From the human T2T-CHM13v2.0 reference genome, Homo sapiens, in the NCBI RefSeq assembly GCF_009914755.1, contig NC_060928.1: a stretch of DNA of 64,000 bases, one strand, 5' to 3'. A model generated the notes under the pieces. The model did no database searches, had not been told where the DNA came from, and saw only the letters and a program-made list of their open reading frames with translations. Positions 1 to 11,056 of this stretch are shown here, piece by piece (position 1 is the stretch's first letter; the number at the start of each line of letters is the position of its first letter). The position numbers and the translations under genes were made by a program.

Positions 1-127
1 ATTGCCTGACACAGTAAGTTACTGAATGAATTAATTTAATGAGAATGTAACCTAGAGGTAAATATGTAAAATTTAGGGTCCTTATTAAAAGTAATTAACA
101 TATAGATACACAGGATTCTAAAATACC

Positions 128-424
128 TTTATTTATTTATTTATTTCAAAACACAGTCTTACTCTGTCACCCAGGCTGGAGTACAGTAGCATGATCAGAG
201 CTCATTACAGCCTCAACATGCTGGACCCAAGCAATACTCCTACCTCAGCCTCCCAGGTAGCTGTGACTACGGGCATGCATCCTCATGCCCAGCTAATTTT
301 TAAAATTTTTGTAGAAATGAGGTCTCCCTATTTCTGCTGTTCTTGAACTCCTAGGCTCAAGCAATCCTCCCACCTCAGCCTCCCAAAGTTGTTGGGATTA
401 CAGGTGTGAGCACTGTACCTGACC
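128..424 (-). mobile_element. AluJ-type SINE
   Basis: (TTTA)n tail followed by reverse-complement Alu dimer with J-like features (CTCATTACAGCCTC, GGCTCAAGCAATCCTCC); CTAAAATA repeated on both flanks as probable TSD. Confidence 0.9.
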
Positions 425-589
425 CTAAAATATTTTTAATTTAGAATTTGAACTTCAGAAAATTGCAGAAATGCAGAAATAGCTGAATACACAAGAATGT
501 TTGTTGAATCATTTTAAAAAGTAAAAAGGAAACATTAAATCAAATGTTGAAAATACTCAATGAAGGCTGGTATTAGAAAAATGTACAAA

Positions 590-900
590 CAAAAAGATCA
601 GCAGTTCTTAGGTGGGAATGAACTTGCTATGTTTCAGAAACTAAATGAATGTAAAAATAGCTGGAAAATAGCATTCCATGGAAAAAGTGTTGTAAAACTG
701 AAATCAGTCATGCAGGTCTTATAATCTTGTTTAAAGTACTGGAACAATGATATATCATCAAATAATTTTTAATCTGGGGATTATGAAATAAAATGGACAC
801 TTTAAAAACGATCATTCTGCTTTCTGTGAGGAGCACAGATTATAGAAGGGGTAAGGAGGCTAAAGGAGAGTAGTTAGAATATGCCACAGTTTTCCAGGTG
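590..900 (-). mobile_element. L2 LINE relic, interrupted by an MLT1 LTR and resuming ~1298-1400
   Basis: Degenerate L2-like motifs (GGTGGGAATGAACTTG, GATCATTCTGCTTTCTGTG, AGTTAGAATATGCCACAG...CCAGGTG). Confidence 0.55.
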
Positions 901-1297
901 CATACACATCATTTTTGTTCACTAATCTGTTTTCCCTCTCCTGGGCCTATACAAAAAACACTGTAATTCTCAGACTCGTACAGTTGGCCATTTCTGGACA
1001 ATGTGTTGTTCATGGAGGTACATGTATCCATTCTAGGCATATATATTTCATTTACAGTTTAAAACCGTTTTGATCTTTTTCTTACCATGGGGTTCCAGGA
1101 AGAAGGCGAAGTATTAAGATAGTGAAGCCACAAGACTGAAACATCCTGGATTGGGAATTTGTGGTATGAGGTAGAGTTGCTGTCAGAGTTGCCCGAATCT
1201 AGAGTTAATTTTGTGAAAGTAAGAAATACATCTTTGTTTTGCTAAGCCAATGAGCTTTGGATGTTGTTTGATAATTTAGCTTGCCTTAACTAATACA
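900..1297 (+). mobile_element. Old MLT1 (MaLR) solo LTR
   Basis: MLT1-type 3' end AAGAAATACATCTTTGTTTTGCTAAGCCAATGAG...TAACTAATACA. Confidence 0.7.
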
Positions 1298-1427
1298 TGA
1301 AGTAAGAGAATATAGTAGTTTCGATGTGGATGGCAACGGAAAATTATGGGAGTAGGTGAAACAACTTAGGGATAAAGCTTAGAGAAAGAAGGAAAGAGAG
1401 CCAGGATCCTCCCCCAATGAATTATTG

Positions 1428-1700
1428 TGAGAGGTTACAAATTCAAACGCTAGAGGGGACAGGTAGATAGTGTGAATAAGTGAGGCAGACATTGTGATAA
1501 GAACTGGAAATCAAGAGTCTCATCAAAATCTGCTATTTTATACTCACATTTTTGCCTGACAAAATAATGAACCCCAGATTGGCAGATTTTCCATATTTTT
1601 AAGGAAAGCTTCAAATAAATATGTTTAAATTTGAACTTCTTTAGTTTTTAAAAGTTGCCAATGAATTTTACTAAAATTAAATAAAATATTTGTAAAAATC
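1428..1700. mobile_element. Old hAT-Charlie-type DNA transposon relic (subfamily unresolved)
   Basis: GAGGTTACAAATTCAAACGCTAGAGGGGACAGGTAG and CCAGATTGGCAGATTTT...GAAAGC resemble recalled Charlie/MER consensus pieces. Confidence 0.4.
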
Positions 1701-2389
1701 AGTATCTTGTGTGAGACAATCCTGGTGGCCTGATCAAATAAATAAAACCTGTGACTGTTTCACATCATCTCATCATCTGAATGTATTCAAATTTTATGCC
1801 CCCCATTATATTATATTACTTATGCCTTAAGCCAATTCTATTAGTTTCTACAAGGTGGCACATAAGAGAGAATGTAGAGAAAATAGAGGAGAGAGAGGTA
1901 TAGAAAGAAAATCAAAATAGACATTGTTTATGGAAGATTGATCAGAAAGGACTAATTTCCTCAAGAATCTGCTGTTATTTTTCACCACCTAATCAGTAAG
2001 GATGACCTAATGCCAGTAATAATACATTTCCCACATTAAATATGTGAAAACCAGAATTCCGGAATTGCAACATGAAGATGTAATTTACCTACCTTAGTTT
2101 GTACATTCAGATTACTCCTGTGCCCGTGCATGTGTGTGTGACTTCTCCATCATGAGCTTGTGGTGGCTTCAGGGAATTATATATAAAGAAATGAGAGAAC
2201 GAAGAAACAGAACCTTATTCCCAGGGCAAGGTATACATTGCACAATATCTTTAATTGTTAAAATGATAGAAATACATTGCCATTGAAATAAAATTTCCCA
2301 ACACCTCTATTAGATACTCCTAAGTCCATTGTTAAGTAAAGAATTGGAGTAGTGGAAGGCAGAACATGGAGAACCTGCTAGCACCTCAC

Positions 2390-2790
2390 AGAAAGACAAA
2401 AAGAAACATGAAAGAGAAGTTAAAAGGCACGGAGTATAGAATGAGAAGCTCAGAAAAATTGAATAAGGTCTCTAGAAAGAAAAACATAGGGGTCATATAG
2501 AAGCAGCAAGATTCAAGTTGAAAACTGCTGATATATTTTTTTCAAAATATAATACCGAAGTTTTCAAATTAGCTCTCCCTAATGAGTGCCAAGTAAAATA
2601 GTGAAAATAAAGAAATCTATAATACAATGTAGAGCACACAAAAAATTACCAAGAAAGAGAAAATCCTAAAAGGCCACAAAAGGAAAACTAAATAACTTAT
2701 ATCAATGAAATGAAGATTGAAAAAAGAAAAAATGATTTTAAATCTAGATAATTAGTTTAGAAGTCCAATAATTTAGATCAAAGCCAAAAA
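2390..2790 (+). mobile_element. Old L1M ORF1-region relic
   Basis: A-rich degenerate ORF1-like text (ATGAAAGAGAAGTTAAAAGGCACGGAGTATAGAATGAGAAG...AGAGAAAATCCTAAAAG). Confidence 0.55.
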
Positions 2791-5700
2791 ATACAAAGAT
2801 CACTTTATGTAATTTCTCACCCTTGTTCCAACAGCGAACATTGTGAAGCAGTCAATGCTTGCTTCCCCCTGAGCTAAGATGTGGCAGGGGCACTCTTCTC
2901 AACATTGTGCTTGGCTTTGGAGATGAACTATTTTCCATGCCAGAACGGTTAAAATCGAGTATGAAGGACGACAGATTTTCAGGCGGTTACAATAATAATT
3001 TTCACCTCTGTTCATAAAGACTCCCTTCCCTTTGTCCGATATGGCCATTCACTTAAGTTTCATGGCCCGCTGACATCTGACCTTCCTTGTGGCAGGGTTT
3101 TCCCACCACAGGGCAGCCTAGTTGCACTGTGACTACAAACTCAGTCAGCTTCCTTCCCTGTGTAAGTAACTGGCTGTCAGTACTTTTCAACCTTCTTTTC
3201 TACCTATGCCCAGTACATAAGAAAAGTAAAAACTCTGGTCTTTATATATTCTTTCAATATTGTTGTTATTATGGCATGTCTAACAGGTTTTCCTAGTTTG
3301 TATCCCAGATGTTGTTTTATCCCCATTTTATACCATGTTTACTTCCACAAAAATGTAAAAATTAGGAGAAATATTGCCGTTTTGTTTAAAAGCATTTCTA
3401 ATGCCAACTTTCAATTTTCTCGTGTTATGCAAGGTTTTTCTGATGGTCAATTTTGAGATAAAAATTTACTGTATACCCTAAGGCTACTTGGATTCTGTTA
3501 TACAGTGCTCCTCAGACTTTCATTAAAGTAGTTCTTGTGAGAAGAGGGAATGAATGCTTACCTCCAGTTGTCTGGGGACTTATGCTAAGCAGACTCAATG
3601 AGCAAAACATTTTGTTATGAAGTAATAACTTTCATTTGACAGAGCATCCAAATAGTTACAAATAGATGCCATATCAATGTGGTTTTAATACTTACCAACT
3701 TAATCTGACACTACCGAAAGAAACATTATCTTTGTTTTCAGAATTGATACCCTTTTACACTACCAGTTAACTCTCTCCTGAAAGGTAGTGTATATTAGTT
3801 TGAAAAGCCCAGTTCTGTGGCAATCATTAAATGCAGAATACACTTTTATTATAATGCCAAATAGCTATTTCTGAAATGTAGTAATTTTAAAATATCTTAA
3901 TTTGAAAGAAAGGCATGACAATTTATTTAAAAAGTCCCTGAAATTTCAATTACTACTATCAAGTCCACATCAATGTAATATAATTTTTATTTGCCTTGCA
4001 TAACTATCCACAGTGTAAGATAAAATTAATGGTAACATATATCCAAGCATCTAGGCTTTGCTAACAGCAGAATGACATCAATAAAATTAACTTATTCCTT
4101 CAGTTATGCGTGAATTCTTATTTTAAGAGTAGATTTTTAAATTAATCAATAGCACAGGATAATGAAAATATATACAAACATAATGCAAAATAATTAATAT
4201 TCTATAGATTGTTCCCAATTTTGAGAACTACAGACTATTGACACAAACCAATTGGCAACAAAGCAATTAACAAAGCAATTAACACCATTTTTCGAGGTGG
4301 TTAAAAAAATCTTTTTTCTCATTGAATATGCTTTATGTACCCTCAAGTCTTAATATTTATTCAGTAACATTATTTGGAAATACACCATGAACATATATGA
4401 TTTAGTCACGTAGACTGTACAAACAAATCCTTAAATGATACGCTTTTTAATTTATAAATAATTTGTTGTATATTTTACGTGGTCTTTTTATTTTACTCAT
4501 TCATCTGTCCTTTGGTTTAAAATCAGAATTCTTTCTAAAAAACAAAACTATGCAATTAGCCCACAGTTCTAACTTTATTCTGCCACTTATTTCTTGTCAA
4601 TAGTTTGACACATTGAAAGAGAGTGGAGTTATAGAAGGTTAATTTACATTATTGTTAATTTTAACAATTTGATAAACATTTAAATTTGAAAGACAGTAGA
4701 GTATGAAAAGGATAGAGAAAATTAGGACTCTTCTACACTCTATATATGTTTACAGTTATTTAACCTATATCTAACACTTATAATGTGATTGGAGATGAAC
4801 ACTGCTTTCTTTTCAGTACAAAAGTTCTGTTTGTTGACACAATTACCTTGTGGCATTGACAATTTTTCAGTAGCCTGATGGGTTATAGCACATTGTTTCA
4901 AGAAATATAACTCATTTAAACATTCACAAAACTGTTTTTGGCGCTTTTTACTCCTTATTGGAAATTTCTTGACAGTTAAGATCATCAAAAGTGACAACTA
5001 ACAATTAATTGTATTTTTTCTTACTACAGATTCAAAGAAAAATACTGGCTACAACCAGCATTTAAGACCCCAGGGAATGTCATTGTTGTTTTCTTAAGAA
5101 GGCATAGAATTTGGGTTTACCAAAGCAGAATTGGTTAATATCTTGATATGAATACTTGAAGGACTATGTGAAGGTCTACAGTAAGCTCAGTAAGAGTTAA
5201 ATAGATGTTGAGCAAATGAAGTCTTTAATGATATTTTGAATTTCTCTTTTATAGCATTTAATAGTAAAAATAACTTTAATCTTAGCCTGTATTATGGCAA
5301 CTTTATTTACTAATGTCATTTGATAGATAATTTGGACATTTTTTAAAAATTGTTTTTCACATTTTAAAACATAAATAGTAATTTCTTGCACTACATGATA
5401 ATAATAAATCATTAAAATTTTGCATGTTGGTTTAGGATTTAATGATTTTTCTTTGATATTATAACCTATGTAAAGGCTATTATTCAAAGAAGGAAATATT
5501 ATAGATATTGTTTTGGGGAATGGGCCACAGGCATTTTGCAGAACCATATTTATTAAAATGAAAATACTTGCTCACATGGGATAACCAGCTTTATTTTGGT
5601 TTAGAGGCTAGCTTCAAAGACTGAAAGAAAATTGGGAATGATGTAACAAATAAATTTCTATTTAGTTAATCACAGAGAAAGATGGAAATAATAAAATCAT

Positions 5701-5943
5701 AAAATCTAATAACGTTAACATCATTGTCAGCTGTTAGGGTCTATAGGTAGGGATGCAGAATGACAGCTAATATAAAAATCTGAGCAAATCAAGTGTTAAT
5801 TCATGTGTCTTAGGTGGTTTCCTTCTTGTGACCTATAATTGTATTGCCAGATGGTGATTTATAAATGTAAATCTCTATTGTTTTCAAACCCCTTGAAACG
5901 ATCTCTTAATTTATTGTATCTTCTTTGCCCCTCTCTTCTCTCT

Positions 5944-5964
5944 ACACACACACACAAACACACA

Positions 5965-5999
<35 letters not shown>
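5944..5999 (+). repeat. Interrupted (CA)n microsatellite
   Basis: Directly visible; source of the HTHT/THTH ORF segments. Confidence 0.97.
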
Positions 6000-6002
<3 letters not shown>

Positions 6003-8999
6003 TCATACAAACCAGCAGGGATGCAACCAACATATCCATTTCAACACAAATCCTTTGTTTATGCCTTTGTATCAGAAATTCAGCTTCATACCACCAGAAG
6101 AAAAAAATCAGATTAAGAAGAGGGTGAGAACAATAAAAAATGCAGAGATAACTATCAGTAGCTTAACAAAGTATATTTTTTTGTTCATACCACTTTCAAA
6201 TTCCTACTTTTTTACTGCTTCTGTGTTGACTGCTAGAAGTAAAGATTCAAGTCTCTCTTGCTCTCTTTTAAAAAGTTTTGAAAACTGTTGTTTTGAAATT
6301 ATTTTCAGGGACTCTATTTCTCAGTAACACTTAGCTGATCCAGCTGTCTCTGTATTATTTTTTTATAGTAACAAATAAATTCTAAAATTATAAAAATGTC
6401 ACAGAATAAAGCAAGAGATAACTCAAATATGTCACTGGGTAAATATATTTTTACCATTTGGTAAATATTGTTGCAGAAATTTTTCTGTTGAATCTATACA
6501 GAAAGAAAGATGGGTATACTTATGCATGCATACATGGACAGGTGGATAGATGGGATGGGAGGATAGATAAATGGACAGATGGAAAACAAATAAATGGACA
6601 AATTTAAAAATAATATTACAGATTAAAAATAATTTAAAAATAATTATTAAATGAAAGCATTTCATCTTTTTTAGCAGGGTAGTGTTAGGACTGAGTGTTA
6701 CTCTCATATCAATTTTCTTTAACCTAAGTCGTATGTACCCAAAGCACATGTGATTTAGAAAGGAAGAGCTTGGTTTGTGCTGAATGTAGTTTATGAAAAT
6801 TCTAGGGAGATATTCACATTGTGTTCTACAGAACTGTCTATTTCCCGGGGTGATGCAATGCAATGGCCCTGCCAGTCTTTCTATCCTTTTTCTTTATAGA
6901 AGCTATTATGTATGTATATACAGGTGTATGATTCTGTCCAGGCTGATTTCAGTATCATGAGTTTTTGCTCACTTTCCTCATTCCTAAAAAGTTCTGAAAA
7001 ATGACATGATCGGGGCCTTTCATTCTAATGTCTTCCAGGGTAGCATGAGTATGCAGCACCACCTGTACTCACTGTTTTGCCCTACGTTTCCCACCAGAGC
7101 TTACTCATAACTCATCCACGTATATCCCAATCAACGTTGAGATGGGAATATATAAGTAAGAATTCTCACGATGAATTCCAATCATGTACTTTCCTCACTT
7201 CTGTCTGGCTGGAGGTGCTGACCCAGAATTTTTTATTTATTTCAATGATAGGTACATTTTTTTCCTTTGCTATGTTTTTTCTATTGTTTATTTGATGTTG
7301 GCACATATAATTTTTATTTAAATTCTTTAAATTTTATTTTATATTGGGAGAAAAGCATATATAATTCTGTTCTGTTCTGTTTCACCCAATGCCAGGTGCA
7401 GCTTTACATATTGTTACATTTGCATGCATACACACGTGTACACATACCCAAATAGAAGATGTATGCAGGTTAGAGATATAAGCTACACTACTTGCTATAT
7501 CCCATTTCAGATATTAATTAAACTTTCATTTTTCTCAAAAAGCAAAATAACTACCAAATTATAATTTATGCTTCACCACCATTTATAAACTTGTGTTGTA
7601 CATCATTTCAGCCAGGTGTTGGCAAGTTAATCATATTCTCAGCATGCTTCGCTAACTTTAACGTTATTTCTGAAGTATTGTAAATTCTTCCCCTAATCCA
7701 GATCCTCTATCTCAGACCCAATCATAACATATAGCAAACACTAGCATTGATTAACTAAATGTTATTCAATAAGCTATTTTTTAAACCTAAAATTGTATTA
7801 TTATAAATAATTGCTGTATTTAATAAGTAAATAGAGAATGAGAGGCTATAAAACACACTATTAAAATTAAATTAAAATCCTGTAATGAATGATAGTTGAA
7901 GGACAATAGTGGATTATATTACAGTAAGGTTGGCACCAGAAACAGAAATTATTTTTCAGTTTTAATATTCAAATGACATAGCAAAAGCTACACATGCCTT
8001 ATAACTTTAATTATTTTATATTTACATCATTAATCCATATCAAATATTTTGACATTATAAAACTCCATCATATCAAATGTTATTGTCACTTGATTTAAGT
8101 GATTTTTATTTTTCTCCTTCTTCTCTCTCAAGGGGTGAGGTCTCTGTGCTATTGATTTATAGACCAGCTTCTGGGGTCATGTATTGAGGGCTGTCTCACG
8201 GGGAGAAGAGTGGTGTTAATTTACTGGTACTTCTTGTGTGTTACGATAACACTCAGATCTTCTTTACAATGTTATGGAAAAAAAATTTCCTCAGATTCAG
8301 AAATGCAGGCATTAGCACCTAAAAAGGTCATAGGCATGTGGTTGGCCACTGCCAGCATCCATTACTTTGGGGCTACCAGCTGCACTGACAGAGAGTGAGC
8401 TTAACCAAATCTCAGTGGAAGAGATAGTCAATGAAGCATCTATAATCAAATTACCTACACAAAATGGAATCTAGCATAGGGTAGCAACCTAGGCTCGAAA
8501 CAAGGAGATAAAGGTCATGGAGGAGAAATGTTTCAGTGTACCTTATAATTAATTCTGAAAGCTCTTCTAAACCCATTCTCCTGCTCCAGGCTTTGAATTC
8601 TGGGCAACAATATCTGAGAATGAAGATAGAAAGGGAAAACCTTGGTGGTCTGTGCATGAAGTTGGAGCAGTGAAGAATCACAGCAGTGTGGAAAGGATAT
8701 TTTTGTGACTGAAGAATGCCAGCTCTCAGTAGCAACATCATATATCAATGTGGATTGATGAGCTATGTAGCTTATTCTCTCCACTTGGATACAATGTCTA
8801 AATGAATATCTGGCACCACAGTCCTGGCATGTTTAACAATTCTGGATGTGTGGCATACCCGAAAGTGGTTAATGGACTTTGCGCTTTTCTTGCATGCATT
8901 TACTGAAACTGAATTTATTTTGAGTTGAAAAATAAAGGTGAATGGCTCCCAATCTAGAATCTCAAAATAACACTTAAGAATCAAGGCTAAAAAGACAGC

Positions 9000-9435
9000 C
9001 CATTACAAAAATACATGAGAGTAATATATTCTTTTCCCAAAGAAGATATCCAATAACCAGTAAGCATATTAATATGTGGTCATTCTCATTAAATAAGAGA
9101 ATGCAAACTAAAATCACAATAAGGGATCACTACTGCACTAACTAAAAGGACCAACATTGAAATGAATTACAATATCAACTCCTTTTGAGAATGTACAGAG
9201 ATAGAAACTTTGATGCATAGGTTGACAAAACCAATCTGATTTGCTCAAGAAAATCTTGGCTAAAGCCAATTGTCTCAGTATATGTTTTTAAAAAGGGTCT
9301 CTTTTTCATTTTCAGAAGTATCCTATTTTGTACTATAAATTATATGGATAAATGATATGAACTTCTGGTTGGAGTAAAGATTGGTACAATCATTTTAAAA
9401 ACTTGAATTATCTATTAAATTAGAAAAATGCCTAG
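9000..9435 (+). mobile_element. Old L1M(E) ORF2 3' relic; appears to continue at ~21320-22030
   Basis: CCAAAGAAGATATCCAA...AAGCATATTAA...GAGAATGCAAACTAAAATCACAATAAG; GGTTGGAGTAAAGATTGGTACAATCATTTT. Confidence 0.7.
9218..9352. mobile_element. MER94-like hAT-Blackjack MITE nested in L1M
   Basis: Colinear with recalled MER94 (AGGGTGACCA...GTTGTCCCGG...TTTCACTCTCAAAAGTGTCC...ATAAATTATATGGTCA). Confidence 0.6.
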
Positions 9436-9507
9436 CTTAGCCTTTTTTCTTGCTTTCCTTTTTTCTTTTTTTTTCCTTCTTAAAACAATTCTCTTCCTTT
9501 ATCTTCT

Positions 9508-10215
9508 TTTTTTTTTTCTTAACTTTTATTTTAAGTTCAGGGGTACATGTACAGGTTTGTTTTATAGGTAAACTAACATCACAGGGGGTTGTTGTACAGA
9601 TTATTTCATCACCCAGGTATTAAGCCTGGTATCCATCAGTTGTTTTCTCTCCCTCCTCTCTGGTAGGCCCCAGTGTCTGTTGTTCCTCTCTATGTGTCCA
9701 CGTCTTCTCATAATTTAGCTCCCACTTGTAAGTGAGAACATGTGGTATTTTGTTTTATGTTCTTGCATTAGTTTGCTGAGAATAATGGCCTCCAGCTCTA
9801 TTCATGTTCCTGAAAGCACATGATCTTGTTCTTTTTTAGGCTGCATAGGATTCCATGGTGTATATGTACCACAATTTTATAAACCAGCCTCCATTGATGG
9901 GCATTTAGGTTGATTCCATGTCTTTGTTATTGTGAATAATGCTGCAATGAACATACGCGTGCATGTGTCTTTACGATAGAATGATTTATAAAACTTGAGT
10001 ATATTCCCAGTAATGAGATTGCTGGGTTCAAATGGGATTTCTGCTTCTAGATCTTTGAGGAATCACCACGCTGTCTTGCACAATGGTTGAACTTATTGAC
10101 ACTCCCATCAACAGTGTATAAGCATTCCTTTTTCTCCCGAAGCTTGTGAGCACCTGTTATTTTTTGACTTTTTGATAATAGCCATTCTGCCTGGTGTGAG
10201 ATAGTATCTCATTGT
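9508..10215 (-). mobile_element. 5'-truncated L1PA13-16-type 3' end (~700 bp) with poly(A) tail
   Basis: Poly-T then AACTTTTATTTTAAGTTCAGGGGTACATG...ATTATTTCATCACCCAGGTATTAAGCC, running into the ORF2 C-terminus and ending at GTATCTCATTG. Confidence 0.92.
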
Positions 10216-10636
10216 TTTTTTGTTTTTAACTGTTTTAAAGTTCAGGGGTACAAGTGCAGGTTTGTTACATAGGAAAACTTGTGTCATGGGGTTTGTTGTA
10301 CAGGTTATTTCATCACCCAGGTATTAAGCTTAGTACTCATTAGTTATTTTCCTGATCCTCTTTTTCTTTTCACCCTCCATTCTCTGGTAGGCCCCAGTGT
10401 GTGTTGTTTCTCGCTATATGCCCAGGTGTTCTTACCATTTAGTTCTCACATGTAAGTGAGAACATGAGGTATTTGGTTTTCTGTTCCTGCATTAGTTTGC
10501 TAAGAATAATCGTCTCCAGCTCCTTCCATGTCCCTGCAAAGGACATAATCTCATTCTGTTTTTATGGCTGCATCGTATTCTATGGTGTATACATACCACA
10601 TTTTCTTTATTCAGTTTATCATTGTTTGGAATTTAG

Positions 10637-11056
<420 letters not shown>

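Noticed and set aside
5197-5547. 116-aa and other AT-rich ORFs rich in I/K/F/L
   Set aside because: Composition typical of random AT-rich noncoding DNA; no homology recognised.
5839-6327. 162-aa His/Thr-rich protein
   Set aside because: TTG start; the repeat part is a (CA)n translation; no recognisable domain.
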